Source: an uncultured Bacteroidales bacterium (GTDB lineage Bacteria; Bacteroidota; Bacteroidia; Bacteroidales; UBA932). Taken from it: a DNA stretch of 64,000 nucleotides. Where the stretch lies: the NCBI GenBank assembly GCA_944325765.1, contig CALVBH010000083.1, positions 3,064-67,063 on the forward strand. The letters are read 5' to 3'. Positions 19,417 to 30,224 of the stretch are shown here, piece after piece. Within the stretch, counting starts at the first letter, position 1. Every line of letters begins with the position of its first letter. Position numbers and translations under genes: made by a program. A model generated the notes under the pieces. The model made no database searches, was not told the DNA's origin, and saw nothing but the letters and a program-made list of their open reading frames with translations.

Positions 19417-20732
19417 TCACGCTTGAAAATGTCCCGCGTGTAGACCTTTTCCTTTACGTCATCGAGGCAGGCGTCGTACCTGTTGGCTATTATGCAGCGG
19501 CTGCGTGACTTGAACTCTTCCAGGTCATTCACTACTTCGCTGCCGAAAAAGCGTGTCCCGTTATCGAGGGTCGGCTCATAAATTATGACAGTCGCACCCT
19601 TTGCCTTGATGCGCTTCATAACCCCCTGGATGGAACTCTGTCGGAAATTGTCGGAGTTGGATTTCATCGTCAGACGGTAGACTCCCACGACGATTTCCTG
19701 TTCTTTGGAGATGTTCCAGTCGCTGCTGGCCGTATAATAGCCCGCCATGGCGAGGACTCTGTCCGCGATAAAGTCCTTTCTGGTCCGGTTGCTCTCGACG
19801 ATAGCCTCGATAAGATTCTCAGGTACGTCCCTGTAATTGGCCAGAAGCTGCTTCGTGTCCTTCGGAAGGCAGTATCCGCCATAACCGAACGAAGGGTTGT
19901 TGTAGTGGTCTCCGATTCTCGGGTCCAGACAGACGCCCCTGATTATCGCACGCGAATCCATGCCTTTCACTTCGGCGTAAGTGTCGAGTTCATTGAAATA
20001 CGAGACTCTGAGGGCGAGGAACGTGTTTGCGAACAGTTTGACAGCTTCTGCCTCCTGGAGTTCCATGAACAGGGTCGGTATATCTTCCTTCAAGGCACCT
20101 TCCTGAAGCAGGGCAGCGAATTTCCGGGCGGCATCCTCGGCATCTGGTGCGGAAACAGCCTTCACCGCCTCCTTTTCCTCATCGCTGCCGCATTCCGGAT
20201 CCGGAATGCCGACTATGATGCGCGATGGATAAAGATTGTCATACAGGGCTTTGCTCTCCCTCAGGAATTCAGGGGAAAAGAGCAGATGCAGTTTTTTGCC
20301 GGCCAGTGCGGGGTCGGTCCTGAATTTCCCGGCATATTTCACGTACAGACTCCGGCAATACCCGACCGGGATGGTGCTTTTTATTACCATCACTGCATCC
20401 GGATTTACGGACAGTACCAGATCGATGACTTCCTCGACGTGGCTCGTATCGAAAAAGTTCTTTGCAGGGTCGTAATTCGTAGGCGCGGCGATTATCACCC
20501 AGTCTGCCGTCCTGTAGGCTTCCGCACCGTCGAGCGTGGCTTTCAGGTCGAGATCCTTCTCCGCCAGGTATTTTTCTATGTATTCGTCCTGGATCGGTGA
20601 TTTGCCGCTGTTTATCATATCCACCTTTTCAGGTATGACATCGACGGCAGTCACATGGTTGTGCTGTGAAAGGAGTATCGCCATCGACAGGCCGACATAC
20701 CCCGTTCCGGCTATCGCTATCTTCTCGTTCAT
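19413..20732 (-). CDS. ugd: UDP-glucose 6-dehydrogenase
   Basis: [29 protein letters not shown]. Start at 20732 (alternative 20762). Confidence 0.95.
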   Translation of the reverse strand: MNEKIAIAGTGYVGLSMAILLSQHNHVTAVDVIPEKVDMINSGKSPIQDEYIEKYLAEKDLDLKATLDGAEAYRTADWVIIAAPTNYDPAKNFFDTSHVEEVIDLVLSVNPDAVMVIKSTIPVGYCRSLYVKYAGKFRTDPALAGKKLHLLFSPEFLRESKALYDNLYPSRIIVGIPDPECGSDEEKEAVKAVSAPDAEDAARKFAALLQEGALKEDIPTLFMELQEAEAVKLFANTFLALRVSYFNELDTYAEVKGMDSRAIIRGVCLDPRIGDHYNNPSFGYGGYCLPKDTKQLLANYRDVPENLIEAIVESNRTRKDFIADRVLAMAGYYTASSDWNISKEQEIVVGVYRLTMKSNSDNFRQSSIQGVMKRIKAKGATVIIYEPTLDNGTRFFGSEVVNDLEEFKSRSRCIIANRYDACLDDVKEKVYTRDIFKRD

Positions 20733-20748
20733 ATCCGTATGTTTAAAT

Positions 20749-21804
20749 TTACCATAATCCATAATAATCCCCGTACCAGCGGACGAATCTGCTCAGGCCG
20801 GTCCTCAAGTCGGTGTGCGGACGGAAATGCAGGTCGCGCTCCAGTGCAGAGGTATCCGCAAAGGTCGCAGGAACGTCCCCCGGCTGCATGGGCACCTTCT
20901 CGATATGCGAATCAGGATCGAAATCCCCGGGAAGAAGCCCTGCCTGCCGGAGTTCTTCCGAGAGTATCCGCAGGAAATCCACGAGGTTCGCTGGGTTTCC
21001 GCAGCCTATGTTGTACAGCCTGTATGGCGGCACCGGAAGTCCGTCCTCCCCTTTCTCGCGCTGAGGCGGATTCCGCATCACGATGCGCACGCCTTCCACG
21101 ATATCATCCACGTAGGTAAAGTCCCTAAGGCTTTGTCCGTAATTGAAAAGCTGTACATTCTCTCCGGAAACCAACTTGCGGGTAAAACTGAAATATGCCA
21201 TATCCGGACGGCCTGCCGGCCCGTAAACCGTAAAGAAGCGCAGGCCCGTAGTCGGAATGTCATAAAGCTTCGAATAGGCATGGGCCGTCAGTTCATTGGA
21301 TTTTTTCGTGGCGGCATACAGGGAGAGAGGACTGTCCGTCCTGTCGTCTTCAGAGTACGGGACTTTCCCGTTCGAGCCGTAAACCGATGAACTGGACGCA
21401 TATACGAGATGGGCAACGCCCTTTTTACCTTTGCCGACCGAATGCCTGCAGGCTTCGAGAATGTTATGGAAGCCGATAATATTCGAACTTATGTAGGAAT
21501 CCGGCTCCTCTATGCTGTATCTCGCCCCTGCCTGGGCCGCAAGGTTTACCACGATTTCCGGCAGGAATTTCGCGAAAACCCTGTCTACGAGGACCTTGTC
21601 TGCGATATCCCCCTTTATGAAGCGCCATCTCCGTCCTCCCGATACGGCATCAAGAAGGTCGAGCCGGTATTTTTTCAGCGTGACATCGTAGTAGGGATTC
21701 ATATTGTCTATCCCCACGATATCCGCTTCCGGCTCGTTTTCCAGAAGAGTGTATATCAGGTTTGCACCGATAAATCCGGCTGCCCCGGTAACCAGTATCT
21801 TCAT
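20749..21804 (-). CDS. NAD-dependent epimerase (UDP-glucuronate 4-epimerase type)
   Basis: [34 protein letters not shown]. Confidence 0.9.
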   Translation of the reverse strand: MKILVTGAAGFIGANLIYTLLENEPEADIVGIDNMNPYYDVTLKKYRLDLLDAVSGGRRWRFIKGDIADKVLVDRVFAKFLPEIVVNLAAQAGARYSIEEPDSYISSNIIGFHNILEACRHSVGKGKKGVAHLVYASSSSVYGSNGKVPYSEDDRTDSPLSLYAATKKSNELTAHAYSKLYDIPTTGLRFFTVYGPAGRPDMAYFSFTRKLVSGENVQLFNYGQSLRDFTYVDDIVEGVRIVMRNPPQREKGEDGLPVPPYRLYNIGCGNPANLVDFLRILSEELRQAGLLPGDFDPDSHIEKVPMQPGDVPATFADTSALERDLHFRPHTDLRTGLSRFVRWYGDYYGLW

Positions 21805-21829
21805 AATAATCCAATGTCTGTCCGGGGAT

Positions 21830-23395
21830 TCATTTTACCCGGTTTCCAATCCAGTGTCCGGAATATGACAATCTGAGTGTCAGTCCGAAATTGTCTCCGT
21901 ACAGGTCGCCGGCATCACCGTAAAGCCCGACCGAAAATGCGAGCGGGATTTTCGCGGAAAACCGCGGAAAATCCACTTCCAATGCCAGCGAAAACTGCTC
22001 GGGAGCACTCTCGAACAATGTTTCGCTCTGCCTGTAGCGTCCGAAGTTCTTCGAATACGTGGCTTTCAGCCTGTAAGGGACCTTTCTCGCGATTTTCCCT
22101 CCGATGCCTATATGGTGGGCAGTAATCCTGTTGTTGCAGACTCCCGGCACCAGTCCGTTCTCATCCACGGGAGAGGGCGTTATGAGAGGAAGCCCTGCCA
22201 TTTTTCCGAAAAATGTCCATCCCGACTTGTAACAGCCGTTGTTGAAATAATCGTCGATACCTCCGAGGATTATGGCAGGCTTGTCCGGATTTTTTTCAAG
22301 TTCCTCTTCCGTGGCAGGTCTGTCATGCCGGCTTCCGGACTGGCATTTGGTATAGACGAATTCATACAGGAGATCGCTTACCCACCTGTCCTTGTCCCTG
22401 AAAGAAAAATGCAGGGTATTGATCCCGTCGGGAAAATTCTGGAACCTCATACCCGAAGCGTCTTCGAACGGAATATCATGGGCGAATGAAACGGTAAACT
22501 TGTCGGCTTCCCATTCGAAAAAGGCTATCTCTCGTCCCCTCTGGTCTCCGAGTACGTTTATCCGGTCGCTTTCAGTAGCATCATCGCCGCCGCTGAGCCC
22601 GAGAATGACCCTGAAATAGTCCTTGAATGAGTCGGGCTGGCGTCCGAGGGTGCGGGAGTTGCCTCCCCACAAGGCCCAGTGCTCGAGTCCGGCTCCGAAT
22701 GAGAACCTCCTGAACGGACGCAGCTTCAGGTAAAGGGACTTGTTGTGCACCAGCGCTCCCTTCACGTAACGGTCATCGATGGTCCTGAAATCCGCGTAAT
22801 TCGCTTTAAGGGAAACAATGCCTTTGGTCCCGGGAATGGAAAACCAGTCCACCTGGAGATTATAGCCCGGAAGGCTTCTGGCATTTCCCGACCATGTGAT
22901 GTCCCCTCCGCTGAGAGAGAGACCTCCGTACTTCTGCTCCCTGTCCCTGATGCCGATATCGAGGCGCAGCATTTTCCATCTGATGCCGAAATAAAGTTCG
23001 TTCACCATTCCCTGGACCTGACGGCGGGAGAAATAAGGATTGTCTTTATCGGTTACAAGCAGGGGTGCGACTGGAATTCCGGTCAATGAAGACGGGACCG
23101 CCGTACCGGAAAGTTTCACCCCGGCCAGAAGGTCTATCCCCGACTTCATGGAATACTCCAGCCCGGTTCTCGCGGTCATCAGTCCTCCGCGGCAGTCGGG
23201 AAACATGCCGTTCTTGTTCGTGACGGCCCAGAAAGGCAGGGATTTTCCGGAAGCTCCGGCCCCGTAGACGGACACGCCCCAGTCTATGTCCAGAGTCCGT
23301 GCATCGGCGGAGAATGCGGCAGCAGCAAAGAGAACGGCTGCAAGCAAGCCCGTAAAAACCGGGGATATATTCTTCATCGTCTCTTTCATATTCAC
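21830..23395 (-). CDS. Capsule assembly Wzi-family outer-membrane protein
   Basis: Signal peptide, PFWAVTNK.G, SGNARSLP, DDRYV...HNKSLY, DDYFNNG.YKSGWT; typical of Bacteroidetes Wzi homologs. Confidence 0.8.
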   Translation of the reverse strand: MNMKETMKNISPVFTGLLAAVLFAAAAFSADARTLDIDWGVSVYGAGASGKSLPFWAVTNKNGMFPDCRGGLMTARTGLEYSMKSGIDLLAGVKLSGTAVPSSLTGIPVAPLLVTDKDNPYFSRRQVQGMVNELYFGIRWKMLRLDIGIRDREQKYGGLSLSGGDITWSGNARSLPGYNLQVDWFSIPGTKGIVSLKANYADFRTIDDRYVKGALVHNKSLYLKLRPFRRFSFGAGLEHWALWGGNSRTLGRQPDSFKDYFRVILGLSGGDDATESDRINVLGDQRGREIAFFEWEADKFTVSFAHDIPFEDASGMRFQNFPDGINTLHFSFRDKDRWVSDLLYEFVYTKCQSGSRHDRPATEEELEKNPDKPAIILGGIDDYFNNGCYKSGWTFFGKMAGLPLITPSPVDENGLVPGVCNNRITAHHIGIGGKIARKVPYRLKATYSKNFGRYRQSETLFESAPEQFSLALEVDFPRFSAKIPLAFSVGLYGDAGDLYGDNFGLTLRLSYSGHWIGNRVK

Positions 23396-24543
23396 TCCGT
23401 CAATCCGGCCGTAACTCGAAAGGTTTCCATCGCTCTGGAAACTACCGGAGCCATATCGTAATATCTGTACTCCGCGAGCCTGCCTCCGAACACGACGTCA
23501 GGCTCACGGTCTGCCAGCAGACGGTATTTTTCATACAGAGAGCCGTTTTTCCCGTCGTTTACGGGATAATACGGCTCCATCCCTTCCGTCCACTCTGCTG
23601 GATACTCTCTCGTTATCACGGTCTTCGGAATATCGTAGACGGCATCGCCCTGCAGCTCGAAATGCTTGTGCTCTATGATTCTGGTATAGGGCACATCCCT
23701 GTCCGTATAATTGACCACGGCATTGCCCTGCCAGTTCGGACAGTCGAGGATTTCCTCTTCGAAACGCAGGGAGCGATACTCCAGTTTCCCGAATCTGTAT
23801 CCGAAGTACTCGTCGATTTTTCCCGTAAACACGATTTTCTCCGCCAGGGAACCGAAATACTCCCGGTCCGAGAAGAAGTCGGTCCCGGTCCGGACTTCCG
23901 AACCTTCCAGGAGTCCTGAAATCAGGATGTTGTACCCGCCCGAAGGAATACCCTGGTATGTGTCGTTGAAATAATTGTTGTCGTACGTAAAACGGACAGG
24001 AAGCCGCTTTATTATAAATGCAGGCAAATCCCGGCAGTTTCTCCCCCACTGTTTTTCGGTATAGCCCCTGACCAGTTTTTCATATATGTCCTTCCCTACC
24101 AGCACCAGCGCCTGATCTTCCAGGTTCTCAGGAGTCGCGGACCCGATTCTGTCCAAAGCCTCCCGTCTCTGTTCCCCGATAATCCTGCTGGCTTCTTCAG
24201 GCGTCCTGACTCCCCACATCTGCCTGAAAGTGTTCATGTTGAACGGGAGATTGTAAAGTTCTCCGCGGAAACAGGCCAGCGGGGAGTTAGTAAACCGGTT
24301 GAACGGAACTATCCCGTTCACGAAATCCCATACCCGCTTGTCAGAGGTATGGAAAATATGCGGGCCGTACTTGTGGACATTTATCCCTTCCGTATTTTCA
24401 CAGTAAAGATTTCCGCCTGCATGGCTTCTTTTGTCTATTACCAGACAGCGTTTTCCGGCTTTCCGGGCCAGAAACGCGCAAGTGGCCCCGTATAGTCCGG
24501 AACCGACTATCAGATAATCATATATGCAGTCTTTATTCTTCAT
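23392..24543 (-). CDS. glf: UDP-galactopyranose mutase
   Basis: GSGLYG, HKYGPHIFHT, YTEKQWG, TRIIEHKHF, PYYP, GRLAEYRYYDM. Confidence 0.97.
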   Translation of the reverse strand: MKNKDCIYDYLIVGSGLYGATCAFLARKAGKRCLVIDKRSHAGGNLYCENTEGINVHKYGPHIFHTSDKRVWDFVNGIVPFNRFTNSPLACFRGELYNLPFNMNTFRQMWGVRTPEEASRIIGEQRREALDRIGSATPENLEDQALVLVGKDIYEKLVRGYTEKQWGRNCRDLPAFIIKRLPVRFTYDNNYFNDTYQGIPSGGYNILISGLLEGSEVRTGTDFFSDREYFGSLAEKIVFTGKIDEYFGYRFGKLEYRSLRFEEEILDCPNWQGNAVVNYTDRDVPYTRIIEHKHFELQGDAVYDIPKTVITREYPAEWTEGMEPYYPVNDGKNGSLYEKYRLLADREPDVVFGGRLAEYRYYDMAPVVSRAMETFRVTAGLTE

Positions 24544-24564
24544 ACAGAGTCAGGGACAGAATCG

Positions 24565-24572
24565 CAAAGTTA
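24565..24572 (-). promoter_or_regulatory. -7 promoter box TAACTTTG for the glf module, overlapping the lpdA stop codon
   Basis: TAnnTTTG whose first three bases are the TAA of lpdA. Confidence 0.55.
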
Positions 24573-25928
24573 GAAATTCCGGAACACTTCTCCAAGTGCA
24601 GGGTGGATATGGATACTGTTTCCGAGAACCTGCAGCGGGGCTCCGGCAGACATAAGGACTGATATTTCGTGAATCAGGTCCGACGCGTGCGGACCGAGAA
24701 TATGTGCGCCCAGAATCCTGTCCTTTTCAGAAACAATCAGTTTGCACAGCCCTTCGGTTTCGCCCATGCAGACAGCTTTTCCGTTTGCCCTGAAAAAAGA
24801 TTTGCACACCCTGTACGGAAGGGATTTTTCCCTGCATTCCTCCTCTGTCAGGCCCACGGATGCCGCTTCTGGCAGGGTAAATACAGCTGAAGGCATTATG
24901 GAAAGGTCAGGCCGCGTTTTCTCCCCGGCACGGCATCCGGAAGGATTCATGGAGCGGACTATGGCTTCTATGGCCAGTTTCCCCTGGCTGACAGCGGCAT
25001 GGGCCAGCTGACAACGTCCGTTCACGTCTCCTATCGCGAAAATATGAGGGACGGAAGTCCGCATGTCCTCATCTGTCTGTATGGCGCCTCTTTCGGAAGA
25101 TATACCGGCAGCTTCGAGATTCAGCCCGTCGGAGCAGGGGCGGCGTCCAGCAGCCACGAGGACGTTGTCAGCCGCGACGGATTCCCGGGCACCTTTCCGC
25201 TCCCACGCCACTGTCAGGCCGTCTCCGGATCGGCCGACGGACTCCACTGAAGACGAGAGGCTGAAAACTATGCCGCGTCTGGAAAGACTATGTCTCAGCC
25301 TTCTGGCAATTTCATAGTCATATCGCGGCAATATCTCGCGGCAGGACTCCAATACAGTTACTTCCGAGCCGAAACTCCGGAATACGGAAGCGAATTCAAG
25401 CCCGATTACGCCTCCGCCTATAATGCACAGGCGTGAGGGAATCCTGTCCGTTTCGAGCAGAGCCGCCGAGTCAAGCACTCCCGGCAGACCGATGCCGGGA
25501 ATCGGAGGCATGGACGGGGCAGAACCTGTCGCGATGATGATATAGTCGGCTGTATGGTCTTTACCGTCTGCCGCTACCGTCCTGTCATCCCTGAATACGG
25601 CGAAGCCGCGGACAAGTGAGACTCCGGCAGCCGCGAGTTGTGCTTCGACGTTGGAACGGAGATTCGCGACTATGGAGCCTTTCCGTGCCCTTATCTGCAG
25701 GAAATCAGGCTCGGGAATGCTGGCGCGGATTCCGAAATCGGGAGCACGGCGCACTTCTTCCAGAATTTCCGCACTGCGGCAATAGGCCTTTGTCGGAATG
25801 CATCCGGCATTGAGGCAGGTCCCCCCGACCTGCCGTCCTTCTATCAGCGTAACCTCGAAACCTTTCTTCCGGGCTTCCAGTGCGGTTTCGTAACCTCCTG
25901 GCCCGGCGCCTATTATAAGTATCTTCAT
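24570..25928 (-). CDS. lpdA: Dihydrolipoyl dehydrogenase (glycine cleavage L protein)
   Basis: GAGPGG, GGTCLNAGCIPTK, GGGVIG, HPALGE. Confidence 0.95.
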   Translation of the reverse strand: MKILIIGAGPGGYETALEARKKGFEVTLIEGRQVGGTCLNAGCIPTKAYCRSAEILEEVRRAPDFGIRASIPEPDFLQIRARKGSIVANLRSNVEAQLAAAGVSLVRGFAVFRDDRTVAADGKDHTADYIIIATGSAPSMPPIPGIGLPGVLDSAALLETDRIPSRLCIIGGGVIGLEFASVFRSFGSEVTVLESCREILPRYDYEIARRLRHSLSRRGIVFSLSSSVESVGRSGDGLTVAWERKGARESVAADNVLVAAGRRPCSDGLNLEAAGISSERGAIQTDEDMRTSVPHIFAIGDVNGRCQLAHAAVSQGKLAIEAIVRSMNPSGCRAGEKTRPDLSIMPSAVFTLPEAASVGLTEEECREKSLPYRVCKSFFRANGKAVCMGETEGLCKLIVSEKDRILGAHILGPHASDLIHEISVLMSAGAPLQVLGNSIHIHPALGEVFRNF

Positions 25929-25929
25929 A

Positions 25930-27372
25930 TTATTCTACGAGTTTCGGTCTGGTGGCGGCGAGAGTCTCGTCCGGGCGGCGGACAGGAGTAGCGTGAGGGG
26001 CGGACCTCAGAATGTCGGGGTCCGTTGCCGCTTCGGCCGCGATTGACCTCATTGCATCTATAAAGGCATCGAGAGTCTCTTTCGACTCCGTTTCCGTCGG
26101 CTCTATCATTATGGACTGATGGAAAAGCAGCGGGAAATATATGGTCGGGGCATGGAAACCGTAGTCCAGCAGCCTTTTGGCCACATCCAGAGTCGTCACG
26201 GAATTTTCCTGCCCCGACGACAGCCCGTCGAAAACGAACTCGTGCTTGCACAGCGCAGGGACAGGCAGCCTGAAACAGTCTTTCAGCGACTCCTTTATAT
26301 AATTCGCCGACAGGACCGCATACGGCCCGACCTTCCTTACGTTCTGTTTCCCGAGCATCAGTATGTAGGTATAGGCTTTCAGCAGGACCGAGAAGTTGCC
26401 CATAAAACCGGAAACCCTGCCGGCCCCTTCCGGCTGGTCTTCCACTGTAAGGAAACCGCCCCTGCAATGTACTGCCGGAGACGGGAGCAGATGTTTCAGA
26501 TGTGCTGCGACACCTACAGGACCCGAGCCGGGGCCGCCTCCGCCATGTGGAGTGGAGAATGTCTTGTGCAGGTTCAGATGCATGATATCGAATCCCATGT
26601 CTCCCGGACGGACCTTGCCCAGCAGAGCATTCATATTCGCCCCGTCATAGTAGAGAAGTCCGCCGGCAGCATGGACGGAAGCCTCTATTTCATGTATTTC
26701 CGTCTCGAAGAGTCCGAGCGTGTTCGGATTCGTCATCATGATACCGGCCACCCTGTCGTCCAACAGAGGCTTCAGGGCCTCGACGTCGATGATTCCCTGC
26801 GGCGTGGACCTGACCTGGACGACTTCGAGTCCGCAAACGGCCGCACTTGCCGGATTGGTCCCGTGGGCGCTGTCCGGAACTATGATTCTGGTCCTTTTCA
26901 GATCGCCCCGCGAAATATGCCAGGAACGCATAATCATCAGACCGGTCAGTTCTCCGTGCGCTCCGGCAAACGGATTCAGGGTAAAGGCAGCCATACCCGT
27001 AAGGGAACACAGGAAACGCGAAAGTTCGTCGTAAATCCGCAGCGCCCCCTGGACCGTACTTGCAGGCTGCAGCGGATGAAGGCCGGAAAAGCCGGGATGC
27101 GCTGCCGTCTCCTCGCAGATTTTCGGATTATATTTCATGGTGCAGCTGCCCAGCGGATAAAAGCCGGTATCCACCCCGAAATTCATATTCGACAGATTTA
27201 CATAATGTCTCACCGCATCCGGTTCGCTTACCTGCGGGAGATCCGGCGGAACAGCCCGTCTGAGGACTGCCGGAATATTCTCCGGGGTTTCCTGCCAGTC
27301 GTTTTCCGGGAGTGAAAAGCCGTTCCTGTCTTCTTTCGACAGTTCGAATATGAGTTTATCGTAATACTTCAT
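25930..27372 (-). CDS. gcvPB: Glycine dehydrogenase subunit 2
   Basis: YPLGSCTMKYNP, SAHGTNPAS, NLHKTF (PLP lysine), PHGGGGPG. Confidence 0.96.
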   Translation of the reverse strand: MKYYDKLIFELSKEDRNGFSLPENDWQETPENIPAVLRRAVPPDLPQVSEPDAVRHYVNLSNMNFGVDTGFYPLGSCTMKYNPKICEETAAHPGFSGLHPLQPASTVQGALRIYDELSRFLCSLTGMAAFTLNPFAGAHGELTGLMIMRSWHISRGDLKRTRIIVPDSAHGTNPASAAVCGLEVVQVRSTPQGIIDVEALKPLLDDRVAGIMMTNPNTLGLFETEIHEIEASVHAAGGLLYYDGANMNALLGKVRPGDMGFDIMHLNLHKTFSTPHGGGGPGSGPVGVAAHLKHLLPSPAVHCRGGFLTVEDQPEGAGRVSGFMGNFSVLLKAYTYILMLGKQNVRKVGPYAVLSANYIKESLKDCFRLPVPALCKHEFVFDGLSSGQENSVTTLDVAKRLLDYGFHAPTIYFPLLFHQSIMIEPTETESKETLDAFIDAMRSIAAEAATDPDILRSAPHATPVRRPDETLAATRPKLVE

Positions 27373-28699
27373 GGCGAATCTGATTTACAACATCCACGAG
27401 TCCGTCCATTTCTTCCTTAGTGCGCTTCTCAGTGACGCAGAACGACACGAGATCGTCCTCCCCGCAGGAAAGTGCCGCGAAGAAACCCGCATCGAGCAGG
27501 GCCTTTTGCAGAGTCTCAGGCGGAATTTTGGAATGCAGGACGAATTCCTTAAGGAAAGGTTTGTCATTCAGTTTGTAAAACATCCCGGTTTCCAAAAGCC
27601 GGGAATACAGGTAATGGGCTCCTCCGTATGAAAGTTCGTTCACCCGCCTGAGACCTTCGGAACCCATAAGCGAGAGATAGACGGTGGCGTACAAGGCCAT
27701 CAGAGACTGGTTCGAGCAGATATTGCTGGTAGCCTTTTCCCTGCGGATATGCTGTTCCCTGGCCTGGAGTGTCAGCACATAAGCCCTTTTTCCGTCGGCA
27801 TCCACGGTTTCCCCGACTATCCTGCCCGGCAGTTTGCGCACGAATCCCTGCCTGCAGCAGAGAAAGCCTGCATACGGACCGCCGAAATTCAAGGGCAGGC
27901 CCAATGTCTGCGCATCCCCGCAGGCAATATCGGCTCCCCATTCCCCAGGACACCTGACAACGGCAAGAGACGAAGGGTCTGAATATACGGTCAGCAATGC
28001 CCCTGTCCGATGCACGGCATCGGCGAACCCGGACAGATCCTCGATAATGCCGTAACGGTTTATTCCGGGCACGACCATACCGGCGGCATCGCCCTTCTCC
28101 AGTTCCGCTTCAGCCGCCTGAAGATCGGAAGTCCGGTCATTGTGCGGGATGACAGTGATTTCAATCCCGTGGAAACGGCAATAGGTACCGACCGTTTCAA
28201 TCACCTGCGGCAGCAGTGTTTCCGAAAGCAGGACACGGCGTTTTCTTTTCGTACAGGCCGCCATCATCATTGCAGCTTCCGCTGCGGAAGTAGGGCCGTC
28301 GTACATGGAGGCATTGGCACAGTCCATTCCCGTCAGTCGGGCCATCATAGTCTGGAATTCGAAAATATATCTCAATGTCCCCTGCGACACCTCGGCCTGA
28401 TAAGGGGTATATGAAGTAAGGAATTCCGAACGGGAGATGACTGTCTGAATCGCGGCAGGAGAATAATGGTCGTATGCCCCCGCTCCGCAGAAAACTTTCA
28501 AAGGGAAATTCATGGATGCAATCTCCTCGAAACGGCGCCTGACTTCCATCTCTGTCATAGCATCCGGAAGATCGAATTCGCCCTTGAAAAGGACATCTTC
28601 GGGCACATCGGAATACAGCCCGTCGAGAGAATCCAGCCCCGCTCTGTCGAGCATGGCTTCGATATCCCTATCTGTATGAGGAAAATAAGCAAACGGCAT
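27356..28699 (-). CDS. gcvPA: Glycine dehydrogenase subunit 1
   Basis: YTPYQAEVSQG, NASMYDG, REQHIRREKATSNICSNQ. Start set at 28699. Confidence 0.96.
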   Translation of the reverse strand: MPFAYFPHTDRDIEAMLDRAGLDSLDGLYSDVPEDVLFKGEFDLPDAMTEMEVRRRFEEIASMNFPLKVFCGAGAYDHYSPAAIQTVISRSEFLTSYTPYQAEVSQGTLRYIFEFQTMMARLTGMDCANASMYDGPTSAAEAAMMMAACTKRKRRVLLSETLLPQVIETVGTYCRFHGIEITVIPHNDRTSDLQAAEAELEKGDAAGMVVPGINRYGIIEDLSGFADAVHRTGALLTVYSDPSSLAVVRCPGEWGADIACGDAQTLGLPLNFGGPYAGFLCCRQGFVRKLPGRIVGETVDADGKRAYVLTLQAREQHIRREKATSNICSNQSLMALYATVYLSLMGSEGLRRVNELSYGGAHYLYSRLLETGMFYKLNDKPFLKEFVLHSKIPPETLQKALLDAGFFAALSCGEDDLVSFCVTEKRTKEEMDGLVDVVNQIRHEVLR

Positions 28700-28700
28700 G

Positions 28701-29087
28701 TCAGGCCTGTCTTGAAAGGAATTCAGTATATTCTGCCGCATCCATCAGGGCATCGGTCTCGGAAATGTCGGAAAACCGCACCCTTATGATCCAGTTCGCA
28801 TAAGGGTCGGAGTTCAGAAGTCCCGGTTCGTCCTCCAGAGCCGCATTTTTCTCTATGACAGTTCCGGAAACAGGAGCTATCAGGTCACTGGCGGCCTTCA
28901 CGCTTTCCACTGCACCGAATTCCTCGTTCTGTGAGATTTCATCATCTTCTTCGGGCATGTCGACGTACACGATATTCCCCATCGACTTCTGTGCGAAATC
29001 AGTTATGCCTATAACCGCCGTGTCGCCTTCGGTCCTGACCCATTCATGAGATTCGCTGTAAAACAGCCCTTCGATTATCTTGCTCAT
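28701..29087 (-). CDS. gcvH: Glycine cleavage H protein
   Basis: HEW, GITDFAQ, ESVKA lipoyl-lysine motif. Confidence 0.97.
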   Translation of the reverse strand: MSKIIEGLFYSESHEWVRTEGDTAVIGITDFAQKSMGNIVYVDMPEEDDEISQNEEFGAVESVKAASDLIAPVSGTVIEKNAALEDEPGLLNSDPYANWIIRVRFSDISETDALMDAAEYTEFLSRQA

Positions 29088-29135
29088 AGCCTGTCGGTTT
29101 TATAAAGTTTTTCAGAATAACCATACTGTATTCCG

Positions 29136-30224
29136 CTATCTGCGGTATTTCTTTTCATAGAATTTCTTCCTGCATACCTTTCCCGGGAAAACCTTTTTCC
29201 TGATACGGACTTCCACAGGCGTTCCTTCCGCAGCATATTCAGATTCCACGAAAGCCAAGCACACGCTTTTTCCCGAAGATATGGAAATGTAGCCGGTCGT
29301 CACCTCACCTATCTGCCTGCCTCCGGCCTCCACCGGATAGCCGGAGCGCGGAATAGCCCTGCCTATGAGTTCTATCCCGACAAGCCTGCGTCTCACTCCC
29401 TCCGCCTTCAGTCTCACCACGGCCTCTTTCCCGATGAATTCCGGCTTGTCCGTCCTGACGAAAATCCCCAGACCGGCTTCGAGCGGAGAAATATCCGGGC
29501 CGAGTTCGTGCCCGTACAGCGGCAGCCCGACTTCAAAACGGAGGGTATCCCTGCAGCCCAGGCCGCATGGCCGGACCTTCGCCCCGAGAAGAGCCGCCCA
29601 TATCCGTCGTACAATGTCCGGAGAAGCATAGAATTCGAATCCGTCTTCTCCGGTATATCCGCTCCTGCTCACGATGACCTTCCCGCCGGCAAAGTCAGTT
29701 TCGATGAAAGTATAGAAAACCAGTTCCGAGACATCGAAACCAAGTACTTCGGACGCGATGCGCTGCGAATCGGGTCCCTGAAGTGCTATCTGCCCGTAAT
29801 TTCCGGATTCGTCCATTATGCTGACATCATAGCCCCGTGCGGCTTCCGAAATCCAGGTAAAATCCTTGTCGGTATTTGCGGCATTGACCACCAGCAGATA
29901 CCGGCCGTCCATTCCGTATACCAGCAGGTCGTCCACGACTCCGCCTTCGGGATAAAGCATCATCCCGTACCGGATGTGCCCCGGAGCAAGTCCCGCCACG
30001 TCATTGGTAAATATATGATCCACGAATTTTCCGGCATCGGGCCCCGACACGGATATTTCACCCATGTGCGAAACGTCGAACATTCCGCAGCTCTGCCTTA
30101 CGGCTTTGTGCTCGAGGATGATGTCGCTGTACTGTATGGGCATCATAAATCCTCCGAACGGACTCATCTGTGCGCCAAGCGCCACGTGGCTGTCATACAG
30201 GCATGTTCTTTTCAGTGTTTCCAT
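29136..30224 (-). CDS. gcvT: Glycine cleavage aminomethyltransferase T
   Basis: FDVSHMG, SGYTGEDGFE, GLGCRDTLRFE. Start at 30224 (alternative 30254). Confidence 0.97.
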   Translation of the reverse strand: METLKRTCLYDSHVALGAQMSPFGGFMMPIQYSDIILEHKAVRQSCGMFDVSHMGEISVSGPDAGKFVDHIFTNDVAGLAPGHIRYGMMLYPEGGVVDDLLVYGMDGRYLLVVNAANTDKDFTWISEAARGYDVSIMDESGNYGQIALQGPDSQRIASEVLGFDVSELVFYTFIETDFAGGKVIVSRSGYTGEDGFEFYASPDIVRRIWAALLGAKVRPCGLGCRDTLRFEVGLPLYGHELGPDISPLEAGLGIFVRTDKPEFIGKEAVVRLKAEGVRRRLVGIELIGRAIPRSGYPVEAGGRQIGEVTTGYISISSGKSVCLAFVESEYAAEGTPVEVRIRKKVFPGKVCRKKFYEKKYRR

